Shown here in pieces: positions 9,105 to 18,580 of a DNA stretch of 64,000 nt. Below the pieces are notes generated by a model. It saw only the letters and a program-made list of their open reading frames with translations, did no database searches and was not told the DNA's origin. Made by a program: the position numbers and the translations under genes. Position 1 is the first letter of the stretch, and each line of letters begins with the position of its first letter. The DNA is from a virus (lineage: Duplodnaviria; Caudoviricetes): positions 11,469 to 75,468 of the IMG/VR virus record IMGVR_UViG_3300005758_000017; one strand, 5' to 3'.

Positions 9105-9133
9105 AGTATAGCACGGTTTGACAATCTTGTCAA
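9105..9133 (-). promoter_or_regulatory. sigma70-type promoter of the late sigma gene
   Basis: TTGACA-17 nt-TATACT. The -35 box is one arm of the inverted repeat TTGACA-N4-TGTCAA (9118-9133). Confidence 0.75.
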
Positions 9134-9172
9134 CGGTAAAGTACGCAGATAATGAAAACGGTAAATAGCTAT

Positions 9173-9823
9173 ATGAAGATCAATGACCTTAAGCCTAGAG
9201 TTATAGCCGTGTATGCCGGCCGTTTCCATCCTTTTCATCATGGACATGCTGGTGTATTCCAAGATTTGGCCTCTAAATTTGGCATTGACAATACTTACAT
9301 CACAACCAGTGGCAAGGTTGAGCCAGAAAGCAGTCCATTTTCTTTTGCAGAAAAGCAGTTGATGATGCAGGCAGCAGGCGTACCAGCTAGTCACGTGATT
9401 GAAGAAACGGTGCCATATTCTCCAAAGATTTTACCCGGACAATTAGGGCTAGATCCAAACAGAGATGTGCTTGTTTTTGGTGTTGGACAAAAGGATATGA
9501 CAACAGACCCTAGGTTTTCTTTTGCGCCTTTAAAAGACGGAACACCTAGTTACTTTCAAAAATGGACAGGCAAAAATCTAATGCCATTTAACAACGGCAA
9601 GGCACCAGATGGACAGCGAGCAGGGCATGGTTACATCTATCCTGTGGCCGATGTACAGTTTAAGATTGCAGGTAGTACGATTAATAGTGCAAGTCAGATT
9701 CGCAATCTTTATAAGTCTGCAACTGACGCAGGCAAGGAAAGCATTTTGAAAGAGTTATATCCAAATGCCAACGATGCTATTCTAAATCGCATTAAGAAAA
9801 TTTTTGATAAAAAGTTAGGATAA
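9173..9823 (+). CDS. HIGH-family nucleotidyltransferase (cytidylyltransferase-like)
   Basis: YAGRFHPFHHGH and C-terminal INSASQIR. Start placed at the ATG 5 nt after TAAATA (9162-9167). Confidence 0.75.
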   Translation: MKINDLKPRVIAVYAGRFHPFHHGHAGVFQDLASKFGIDNTYITTSGKVEPESSPFSFAEKQLMMQAAGVPASHVIEETVPYSPKILPGQLGLDPNRDVLVFGVGQKDMTTDPRFSFAPLKDGTPSYFQKWTGKNLMPFNNGKAPDGQRAGHGYIYPVADVQFKIAGSTINSASQIRNLYKSATDAGKESILKELYPNANDAILNRIKKIFDKKLG

Positions 9824-9826
9824 CAC

Positions 9827-10447
9827 ATGGCAAATATTTCGGATCAAGTAACACTTACATTTAAGGCGTTTGAAAACATGACAGACGCAAGCGGCAGAAT
9901 GAATGCCAACAGCGATCCTCGATCAGCAACCAAGGGAACAATGAATACTATCACTTGGCCAAGCACGCCGAAGATCAGTCAAACGATTGAAGTTAATTAT
10001 CAAACCTGGGAATTGCAACACACTAACTATCAACCAAGTGCATTTGGTAATAGAAGTACACCAACTGTTACAATTTCAGGACAATGGTTTAGCAGGGACG
10101 AAGAAGAAGCCAAGCGCACACTAAATGCTATTCATCTTTTAAGAAGCGCAACAAGCATGTACTATGGCAGAGCAGATAGTAAAAAAGGTACACCGCCACC
10201 AATTGGAAGATTGAACGCCTTTGGTTTGTACAACAACACCCCTGTAGTTGTAAAAACATTTCAATATGATTTCCCTAACGATGTAGACTATGTTTCGGTA
10301 GATATGTTCAATGGCAAACAAGCTGTGCCGGTCTTGTTTGAAATGAGCGTTTCGTTGATTATTCAAGTCAACAGTATAGAGGCTGTAAAAGAGTATTCAT
10401 TGAGCAAATTTGTTAGTGGCGACTTGCTTGGAAAGGGCTACGTATGA
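9827..10447 (+). CDS. Baseplate/tail-tube initiator-like protein
   Basis: ITWPSTPKI...Y...HTNY...F..STPTVTISG and GTPPPI..LNAFG pattern, typical of myophage hub/tube initiators. First gene of the baseplate block. Confidence 0.6.
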   Translation: MANISDQVTLTFKAFENMTDASGRMNANSDPRSATKGTMNTITWPSTPKISQTIEVNYQTWELQHTNYQPSAFGNRSTPTVTISGQWFSRDEEEAKRTLNAIHLLRSATSMYYGRADSKKGTPPPIGRLNAFGLYNNTPVVVKTFQYDFPNDVDYVSVDMFNGKQAVPVLFEMSVSLIIQVNSIEAVKEYSLSKFVSGDLLGKGYV

Positions 10448-10740
10448 CAACAGGCGTTAACCAATATTCACAAACAGAAATTACAGATTTTTATTTGGAC
10501 CTAGCAAAACTTCCAACCGCTTCTGAGTTGCTTGACGGCAGACAAGCTCAATATATAACTGTAGAGCCAAGGTTTCAGTATAGAATGGACCTACTAAGTT
10601 ACAGCTTGTATGGTAACAGCAAATATTGGTGGGTCATTGCATTGTTGAACAGGAATCAAATTCAAGATCCTATTAGAGATTTAAAATCAGGAATGGTAAT
10701 TCGCGTACTAGCCCCTGGCGATATCAAGAGGATAGTATAA
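10444..10740 (+). CDS. Baseplate wedge LysM-like protein (gp53/tail X-like)
   Basis: YRMDLLSYSLYGNSKYWWVIALLN...DP...G..I pattern. Confidence 0.75.
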   Translation: MTTGVNQYSQTEITDFYLDLAKLPTASELLDGRQAQYITVEPRFQYRMDLLSYSLYGNSKYWWVIALLNRNQIQDPIRDLKSGMVIRVLAPGDIKRIV

Positions 10741-10741
10741 T

Positions 10742-12817
10742 ATGGCATTGACCAAACCAACGCATCTGGACGACGTCGGAGTTCCAGATGTTGTTTATAA
10801 CCCTTTATCAAACTATCGTAATGTTACCTATAATACTAGGTTAACAATGATGCCAGTGACTGAGGCAAAAATGTCTAGGCCTCAAAGATCATACGATTAC
10901 AAAAACGGTTATATTATGTGGGAAACAGGTGGCACTGGCACTACCTATTTAGAAGAACTGACTATCGAAACAGTTGGAACAGGTAACAAAACAGGAAATT
11001 ATGCCATGCAACAGCATCACCTGTTTACTGGCAAGTTGGTTGAACCACTTGGTGGTCGATTCATTGAATCCCTGTCATTGGCTGCAATGGCTAGTGGTTA
11101 TGAAAATAACGATGGTGCAGTTTATCTTTTAGAGATCATGTTCAAGGGCTACGAAAGCGATTCAGACACTCCAGTTGACTGTGTTGGTTGGGGCGGCGAG
11201 CCTATGCACTTTTGTTACTACGTTCGTATCAAGACTTTAAAAATGAAACTTGATTATAAAGGTAGTGTGTATGATTTTGAAATGTATCCTGACCTTGGCG
11301 CCGCAGGACATAGCGATCATATGAACTTGGAACAAGGCTTCCGCATGGACGGTCGCCCTAATACAATTGGAGATTTTTGTAAGCAACTTGAAAAGGCTTT
11401 GAATAAGCGTGAAGCAGAAAAAGTTTCTGCAGGACTTAGAGAAATACCACACCAGTATACAATTACAGCACACAAAGACATTGCTGGTTTAAAATATGAA
11501 TATAGTTTCTTTAGCGATGTGACACACCTGTGGGGTATGCGTAAGGGCGAGATTCAAGTTGAAGCAGGAACTACTATTCACGCTTTCATTGGCAATAGCT
11601 TGCCTAATAGTCAAGATGTATTAAAATTTTTACATAGAGTCAATGATGGTAAAAAAGAATACAACAATCCTGATACTAAAAAGGGAACAATCAATAAGCC
11701 AGCAAGACATTTTAGTGTAATCTGTGGTGCCAAGAATACAGGAAAGTATGACAAGAAGCTTGGTGGTTATGCCGAAGACGTTCACTTTTTCTTGACAACA
11801 AAAGAAGATGCTAAAACTGTTATTAGCCCGCAAGAATACAAAGACGCCACAGAACAAAGTCAACGTGATGGTCGTGTAAACTACTGGATTAGCAAAGGCT
11901 TATTGCGTAAAGTTTACAAGTGGATTTACACAGGCGAAAACACAGAAGTTATTAATTGCGATATTAAATTAGATTACCTGTGGCGAAATGTTCGCCCAAT
12001 GTGGATTGATGAAGAAGGTAAACCCGTTGGTCCAATGTCTTCACCTAGAACAGCGCATGAGCCTCCTGCAGGCAGGTCTACAGGACAAACTGGTAAAGGC
12101 CAAGGGCCAAAAGGAGCGCAAGGCACAGGCAACAGCGGCGGCGGCACAAGTGCTAACTTTTCAAATGTTGGCGGAAAATATGCCGAAGATTTACCTTATA
12201 GAAGTAGTGCCCCGACTAGTAAATTCTTCCCTCACATGCCTCGCTATTATCATATGAACATTACCGTAAACGCTAAATCAGAGCAAGCGGCACTGAACCC
12301 AGAGAACGCAATGGAATATAGCATTTACAAACAGCTTGGTAATAGCATGGGCGGCGGAGAAGCTGATATGAATACTATTAGCATGGAAGTTGTTGGTGAC
12401 CCATACTGGCTAATGCAAATTCCAGGAACCCCACCTTGGGAAGATGATGTCTGGGAATATGAAGCAGGGTTAACAGAAGAAAAATTAGCAGAGAAGCGTA
12501 AAAAGACAGCAAGTCATAACTGGCTACCTTTCATATATTTTGAAGCGGTCGTACCGGCAGCCGATTGGGCATCCGACGACACAATGAATATTAGACATAG
12601 TGATACAATCTCTGGAGTTTACTCTGCTAAAAAAGTTGTTAACAGATTTAGCAAAGGAAAGTTTACAACAACATTAGATTGTTTTAGAGACAACCTAAGC
12701 AACCCGTACGGCGGCAAGAAATCACAATCAAGTAGCTTTACACCAGCAAGTAGTGGATCCGCATCTAGTAAGGGACCACAAAATGCTGGCATGAATAGCA
12801 ATGGAGGTAAGCCATGA
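10742..12817 (+). CDS. Baseplate hub protein (gp27/gpD-like)
   Basis: 691 aa between the LysM wedge gene and gp5. C-terminal MEVVGDPYWL and SGVYSAKKVVNRFSKGKFTTTL motifs. Confidence 0.65.
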   Translation: MALTKPTHLDDVGVPDVVYNPLSNYRNVTYNTRLTMMPVTEAKMSRPQRSYDYKNGYIMWETGGTGTTYLEELTIETVGTGNKTGNYAMQQHHLFTGKLVEPLGGRFIESLSLAAMASGYENNDGAVYLLEIMFKGYESDSDTPVDCVGWGGEPMHFCYYVRIKTLKMKLDYKGSVYDFEMYPDLGAAGHSDHMNLEQGFRMDGRPNTIGDFCKQLEKALNKREAEKVSAGLREIPHQYTITAHKDIAGLKYEYSFFSDVTHLWGMRKGEIQVEAGTTIHAFIGNSLPNSQDVLKFLHRVNDGKKEYNNPDTKKGTINKPARHFSVICGAKNTGKYDKKLGGYAEDVHFFLTTKEDAKTVISPQEYKDATEQSQRDGRVNYWISKGLLRKVYKWIYTGENTEVINCDIKLDYLWRNVRPMWIDEEGKPVGPMSSPRTAHEPPAGRSTGQTGKGQGPKGAQGTGNSGGGTSANFSNVGGKYAEDLPYRSSAPTSKFFPHMPRYYHMNITVNAKSEQAALNPENAMEYSIYKQLGNSMGGGEADMNTISMEVVGDPYWLMQIPGTPPWEDDVWEYEAGLTEEKLAEKRKKTASHNWLPFIYFEAVVPAADWASDDTMNIRHSDTISGVYSAKKVVNRFSKGKFTTTLDCFRDNLSNPYGGKKSQSSSFTPASSGSASSKGPQNAGMNSNGGKP

Positions 12818-15000
12818 AATCAAATTCAGCAGGTGGCCGCCCAGACCACATGAAAGCCGGTAGCGGCGGCTCCAATAAACAACTAGGTATATTTTTAGGA
12901 AAAGTAAAAGACAACGTAGACCCAGAAGGTTTAGGTCGCATTAGAGTGTGGATTGCACAACTAGGATCAGCTAGTGAAGCAGATGAATCTAGTTGGTTTA
13001 CAATGAGATACTGCCCTCCGTTTGCAGGAGCTCAAGCTGAAAAGAAAGAATCACGTTCTACATCTGCAACGTCATTGCCTGAAACAAATCAAAGCTATGG
13101 TTTCTGGGCAGTTCCGCCCGACAAAGATGTTTATGTTATTTGCGGATTTATTAACGGCGAATCGCACCAAGGCATTTGGTGGGCTTGCCTTCCACACGAT
13201 GGCCACACACATTCATTGCCTGGTATTGCCAGCGGATCGACACACAAAGGTGAAATTAAAGTTGTAAGCGAAAGAAACCGTTATAACTCAACTGACCCTC
13301 AAAAACAAAACAGACCCAAGCACTTCCAACAAGAAGTATTAGCAAGGCAGGGACTTGAAAAAGACTTGCGCCGTGGACACACTAATGCAGGACCGTTTAG
13401 GGATAAAGATAAACACCCAGGCCATGCTTATGGCTTTGTTTCTCCTGCACAGCATAGTTTACTAATTGACGATGGTCCCAACGGTAAGACTGGTGGCCAG
13501 ATTAGATTAAGAACACGTTCTGGTAATACAATTTTAATGAACAATGACGAAGGCTTTATCTATATGATAAATGCCAATGGATCTGCGTGGTTCCAAATGG
13601 ATTCCGCAGGAAACGTTGACTTTTATTGCCAAGGCGATTTTAGCGTACATACTGAAGGAAGCGTAAACTTCCGCGCCGACAACAATATTAACCTTGAAGC
13701 CGAAAAGGGCATTAATATGAAGTCAGGCGATGACACACGAATGGAGTCAACTGATGGCAAGATGCAATTAACAGGCAATCAAGATGTAAACATTACGTCA
13801 GAGAAAAATGTTAATATTTTTGCCGATAGCCAAATTAAAGAAACTGCACAACGTATCGACTTAAACGGCCCACCGGCTGATAGAGCAGACTGTCCAGGAA
13901 CTAACTCACTTATTACCAATGCAAAAATTGGAAAGAGTGTAGCAAGCCGTGTGCCTGAAGCAGAACCTTATGGTGGGCATACTGCACTTAATGGCGGCGA
14001 AGCGATTAGTGTCCCGGCAGGAGTTGTTGACAGTACACTAGGTAATCATCAAATTACCCCAGCAGACATTGAAGGCGACACACCAGGACAGCCAAATGGC
14101 GATCCAGCAGTCCCTCCGCTGACAAACGCTGAAGATTGTGTTCCTGAAGTAACTCAAAGCACTTTAAGCGAAGAAGGCTTTAAGCTAATGAAGAGTCGCG
14201 AAGCTTATCGAGGTATGATGTATAGCGATTTCCAGGGATATAGCGTAGGCTATGGCACACGAGTTGACATCTTTGGACCCGATAATCCAAATAGTAAGAT
14301 TGACGCCAACTTAAAGAAAGCATTGTTGGCGGGCCCAAGCGAAGCAGAAGCACGTTTAGCAAGTAGACAAATTGTCGACAGACACATGGCGCCTAGCGTT
14401 ATTGCCGCCCTGGAAAAAGCAAAAAAAGAAGCTGGCAGACAGGTGTGTATCACCCAAGCTCAAATTGATGCCCTAATCATGGCAGCATATGGTAGTCCTG
14501 TGGTAGCAAGACAAATGGCAGAAGCTTTAGTTAAAGATGCTGCCGCAAGTCCAGACGGCAAAGCAACTAAACAAGGTATTGCCAAAATTTGGGCAAATGC
14601 CGGTTATTCTAATAGTGCTAGCCAACGTAGCAGTGAAGCAAACTACGCCATATATGGCAAGCCTAATGCTGACGCTAGAAACATGACGCAAGATCAACTT
14701 CGAGAAAAAGGTCTAGCATCCGACGAAGCCGCAGTCAAAACAAATAAAGCTAGAAACCCACAAACTCCTTGGACAAGGTCGCTTGGAAACGGCCCTGGCG
14801 GCGGCGAAAGGGTTGATGCCGCATACGGCCCACCAACGCCAACACAAGCCGCACAATGGGAAAGAAGTGCTTATTTGAATACTGGTAAAGTACCACATGG
14901 TGTAAATTTAACATTACAACAGTTAAAAGACAAATACGGTCCTCCGCACATTGGAGGAAATTATCCGCCTGGCACACCAGCACCTCCAACACAAGCATAA
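12814..15000 (+). CDS. gp5: Baseplate central spike gp5/VgrG-like protein with C-terminal lysozyme-like domain
   Basis: N-terminal OB fold (GKVKDNVDPEGLGRIRVWI, PPDKDVYVICGF), beta-helix repeats, then LSEEGFKLMKSREAYRGMMYSDFQGYSVGYGT (GH24-like E-x8-D). Confidence 0.8.
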   Translation: MKSNSAGGRPDHMKAGSGGSNKQLGIFLGKVKDNVDPEGLGRIRVWIAQLGSASEADESSWFTMRYCPPFAGAQAEKKESRSTSATSLPETNQSYGFWAVPPDKDVYVICGFINGESHQGIWWACLPHDGHTHSLPGIASGSTHKGEIKVVSERNRYNSTDPQKQNRPKHFQQEVLARQGLEKDLRRGHTNAGPFRDKDKHPGHAYGFVSPAQHSLLIDDGPNGKTGGQIRLRTRSGNTILMNNDEGFIYMINANGSAWFQMDSAGNVDFYCQGDFSVHTEGSVNFRADNNINLEAEKGINMKSGDDTRMESTDGKMQLTGNQDVNITSEKNVNIFADSQIKETAQRIDLNGPPADRADCPGTNSLITNAKIGKSVASRVPEAEPYGGHTALNGGEAISVPAGVVDSTLGNHQITPADIEGDTPGQPNGDPAVPPLTNAEDCVPEVTQSTLSEEGFKLMKSREAYRGMMYSDFQGYSVGYGTRVDIFGPDNPNSKIDANLKKALLAGPSEAEARLASRQIVDRHMAPSVIAALEKAKKEAGRQVCITQAQIDALIMAAYGSPVVARQMAEALVKDAAASPDGKATKQGIAKIWANAGYSNSASQRSSEANYAIYGKPNADARNMTQDQLREKGLASDEAAVKTNKARNPQTPWTRSLGNGPGGGERVDAAYGPPTPTQAAQWERSAYLNTGKVPHGVNLTLQQLKDKYGPPHIGGNYPPGTPAPPTQA

Positions 15001-15038
15001 GATATAACCCACTTTATTTCTAGCTGGTAAATAGGTGT

Positions 15039-15419
15039 ATGGCACGTTTAACATCTACTTTCCGCGGTTATAGTAGCGTAGGGACTAGTTTTATTAGTCC
15101 TGTTCGCTATGACTTAGATCTTGCTAGGCAAGATTTACTAAACCATTTTAATACCCGTAAAGGCGAACGAATTATGCTACCAGAATTTGGTAGTATCGTT
15201 TGGGATATGTTATTTGAGCCGCTAGACGAAAAGAATAAATCATTAATAGATGAGGATGTTAGAAGTATTATTGGCAATGATCCTCGTTGGACACTTCAAA
15301 GTGTAACAATAACAGAAGAGCCAAATGCTCTGAATATAGAAGCGATTGTAACTTACAATCCATCTGGAGAAACAGTAACATTGCCACTAACATACGATAA
15401 AGGAACAACTACAACATGA
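15039..15419 (+). CDS. gp25: Baseplate wedge subunit gp25-like
   Basis: DLLNHFNTRKGERIMLPEFGSIVWDMLFEP...DPR. Confidence 0.9.
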   Translation: MARLTSTFRGYSSVGTSFISPVRYDLDLARQDLLNHFNTRKGERIMLPEFGSIVWDMLFEPLDEKNKSLIDEDVRSIIGNDPRWTLQSVTITEEPNALNIEAIVTYNPSGETVTLPLTYDKGTTTT

Positions 15420-18400
15420 GCCAGACTCGACGCCTTGGACAGCTTTATGCCGCTGAAAGCTGGTTGAATAGCTATCGCTATCTAGTCAACTCAAACTTTA
15501 AAGCATATGACTTTGATAGCCTTCGTACTGCATTAATCAATCACGTACAAACAAACTATCCAGAAGATTTCAATGACTTTATTAACTCTAGCGAGTATAT
15601 TGCTCTTATTGACTTGATTTCATATCTAGGTCAAAATTTAGCTTTCCGTAGCGATTTAAACCTACGTGAAACATTTTTAGAAACTGCTGAAGTTAGAGGT
15701 AATGTTTTAAATCTTGCTCGTCAGCTTGGATATAAAGCATATCGTAACGGCGCCGCCACTGGCTTCTTGCGAGTAACAGCAGTCAATACAACTCAAAACG
15801 TTTATGATAGTAAAGGTATCAATCTAGCCGGACAAACTATTGTTTGGGCAGACCCTATCAACGTTGACTTCTACGAACAATTTACTGTAATTCTTAACGA
15901 AGTATTAAGTCGTTCTAATCCTGTTGGTCGTCCAATGAGTAGCATTACTACTCAAGGGACTGTTCGCCAGTTATATCAAGTAGCAGAACCAGACAACAGA
16001 ACAATGGTGCAGGCATTCAATTTAAGTGCTAGAAACAACACAACTTATAGTTGCGAGTTAGTGCCTATCTTTATCGACAACGAAACTAAAGCAGCCGTTG
16101 AAAGTACTCCTAACCCTTATGGCTATCAAACAATGTTGTTTAACAATGATGGTACAGGGTACGCTAGTTTGAACAACGGATGGTTCTTCTTATTCAAGCA
16201 AGGTGTTTTAAAATTTGAAGATTATGTGCTAGACACTAAAGTTGAAAACCGTGTTATCGACATCCAAGGTGAAAACATCAACGATACAGATGTTTGGGTA
16301 CAAAGCATCGATGGTGATGGTCGTGTTTTAGAAGAATGGGTACAAGTTCCTAGCACAGTTGGCAAGAATATTGCTTTCAACGCTATCGGAAAAGACACAC
16401 GCAAAGTATATGAAGTTATTACCAGAGCTAACGATACAATCTCTATCAAATTTGGTGATGACATTTACTCTGATATTCCAACTGGAAACATTCGAGTATG
16501 GTACCGCGAAAGTGCCAATGAAGATTTAACATTTACACCTGCTGACGTTGCTGGCAAACAAGTTGCTGTTCGTTACGTTGATTCCCAAGGTTTAGAACAA
16601 GATGCAATCTTTACAGTTCAACTTGCAACCAGCGTAAGCAGTAGCAGTGGTGAAACTATTTCACAAATTAAAAATCGTGCAAGCCGTACTGCCGCAAGCC
16701 AAGACCGCATGATTACTGCTAACGACTACAACTTATATCCAGAAGGTAAGGTTGCTGGTGTTGACAAAATTAAAGCAATTAACAGAACATACGCTGGACA
16801 AAGTATCTTTGCAGATATTCAGGATCCAACTGGTACATATCGTCCTGTTATTACATTGGCTGGCGATGGCTTCTTATATTCAACAGAAGTAACAGAAGAA
16901 AAAACTTTACCGCTAAGTCAAAATAACAATGAAGTGTTGTCATGGTTCCAAGACTTAATGCTGACCCGTGGATTACATCAGTTATATTACAATGCCTACA
17001 ACAGCGAATCTCAACGTGTAGAAGCATTACCAGGCGAAGAATTAACTTGGCACAAGGTTGATTACCTAAACGGTAATACACATGGATATTTCCACTTACG
17101 AACAGATCCAGACAAGGTGCCAGTTCGATTAGGCAAAGGCTCTGTTGTATTAGCCAACCGAGTACTACGCAAAAACTCATTAGCTAACTTTGGTACTCAA
17201 GGTTGGGTGAGAGTACTTGACGTATACAGGGAAGGCTTTGGTGTTGCAGATAACAATGGCAACAATACAGGTCTTCGTGCAAACGGTCAAGGCGCAGTAT
17301 TCTTAAGCGGATTGATTGCAGACGGTACAGGTATTGAATACTGGATGCCTGCAATGCGAACATTGTTTACTGATAATGAAAAGTCAGAAATTGTAAAAGA
17401 AATTACAAGCCAAACTAACTTTGGTTTGCGTTACGACCACAAAAAAGACCGTTGGATTGTTGTTAAACAAAACGAATTAAATGCAAATGGAACATTAGAC
17501 TTAACAACCGCTGGCACTTCCAGTGATAGTAGTTGGCTGATTAGATTTGCTTACAATAGCGGTGTATGGGCCGCAGTTATAAGAAAAGATCAAACTATCT
17601 TTGGTAGCGAAAACGAATTGACTTTCCATAATCAACGATTTGGTTCTGCATTAGATCAAACAACTCGTCGTGTAATCAAGGATTCTGTTAAGTTCTTGAA
17701 AGTTAACACAGGTTTAGTTAAGGACATTGAATTGGATGTTGTTGACTATGTTAGATTAGATGATGGTAGATATGATCCAAAACGAGTAATTGTATTGCTT
17801 CCTGGTTTAATCGATAATCTAGTCCCTGCTGATCCAACCTTAATCAAGTCTGTTATTGGCAATAGCACTATTCAACTTGAAAGAAAAGAATTTTTAGATG
17901 CTCTAGGCCAATATACACTAGCGCCTTCTGTTAATGGAACGCAAACAGTTACAGGTAGGTCATCTATGACTGTACAGTTTAACCATGTGCCTCTACGTGA
18001 CAACAGAGTAGATCCTACAACAACAAATATTATAGATATTTTTGTATTGACCTCTGTGTATAACAGCGCATTTAGAAACTGGATTGCTTCTGGTGCAAAA
18101 ACAGAATCAAAGCCAGCTCCATTGACTAGCTACAGCCTAACTAAGATGATGGAACCTATTGCTCCTTATAAGAGCGTTAGCGATAGCATTGTTTATCATC
18201 CAGTCTCTTTTAAAGTATTGTTTGGTGAAGGTGCAGACAATAGGAACAAAGTTAAAATTAGAGTTACTAAGAGTGATGGCACTCGAATCAGTGACGCTGA
18301 GATTAAGTCAAGAGTAATTAATGCAATTAATAATTACTTTGATGTAGGACTATGGGACTTTGGCGAAACATTTTACTTTACCGACATGGCGTCTTGGGTA

Positions 18401-18571
18401 CACCAAAACGTTAGCGGAGTAATTAGTAGTATTGCTCTTGTACCACAACAATCTGGTCTTACATCAAACGACATGTTCCAGATCAAATGCGATGAAGATG
18501 AAATTTTTATCAGTAGTGCAACAGTCGCAGATGTAGAAGTCATTACAAGTCAAGTTGCACCAACAAAATAA
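15416..18571 (+). CDS. gp6: Baseplate wedge subunit gp6-like
   Basis: YDFDSLR...YPEDFND...SSEYIALID..AFRSDL..RE.FLETAE, FGD...P.G and QDRMITANDY motifs. Confidence 0.85.
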   Translation: MSQTRRLGQLYAAESWLNSYRYLVNSNFKAYDFDSLRTALINHVQTNYPEDFNDFINSSEYIALIDLISYLGQNLAFRSDLNLRETFLETAEVRGNVLNLARQLGYKAYRNGAATGFLRVTAVNTTQNVYDSKGINLAGQTIVWADPINVDFYEQFTVILNEVLSRSNPVGRPMSSITTQGTVRQLYQVAEPDNRTMVQAFNLSARNNTTYSCELVPIFIDNETKAAVESTPNPYGYQTMLFNNDGTGYASLNNGWFFLFKQGVLKFEDYVLDTKVENRVIDIQGENINDTDVWVQSIDGDGRVLEEWVQVPSTVGKNIAFNAIGKDTRKVYEVITRANDTISIKFGDDIYSDIPTGNIRVWYRESANEDLTFTPADVAGKQVAVRYVDSQGLEQDAIFTVQLATSVSSSSGETISQIKNRASRTAASQDRMITANDYNLYPEGKVAGVDKIKAINRTYAGQSIFADIQDPTGTYRPVITLAGDGFLYSTEVTEEKTLPLSQNNNEVLSWFQDLMLTRGLHQLYYNAYNSESQRVEALPGEELTWHKVDYLNGNTHGYFHLRTDPDKVPVRLGKGSVVLANRVLRKNSLANFGTQGWVRVLDVYREGFGVADNNGNNTGLRANGQGAVFLSGLIADGTGIEYWMPAMRTLFTDNEKSEIVKEITSQTNFGLRYDHKKDRWIVVKQNELNANGTLDLTTAGTSSDSSWLIRFAYNSGVWAAVIRKDQTIFGSENELTFHNQRFGSALDQTTRRVIKDSVKFLKVNTGLVKDIELDVVDYVRLDDGRYDPKRVIVLLPGLIDNLVPADPTLIKSVIGNSTIQLERKEFLDALGQYTLAPSVNGTQTVTGRSSMTVQFNHVPLRDNRVDPTTTNIIDIFVLTSVYNSAFRNWIASGAKTESKPAPLTSYSLTKMMEPIAPYKSVSDSIVYHPVSFKVLFGEGADNRNKVKIRVTKSDGTRISDAEIKSRVINAINNYFDVGLWDFGETFYFTDMASWVHQNVSGVISSIALVPQQSGLTSNDMFQIKCDEDEIFISSATVADVEVITSQVAPTK

Positions 18572-18580
18572 GGTAGATAG

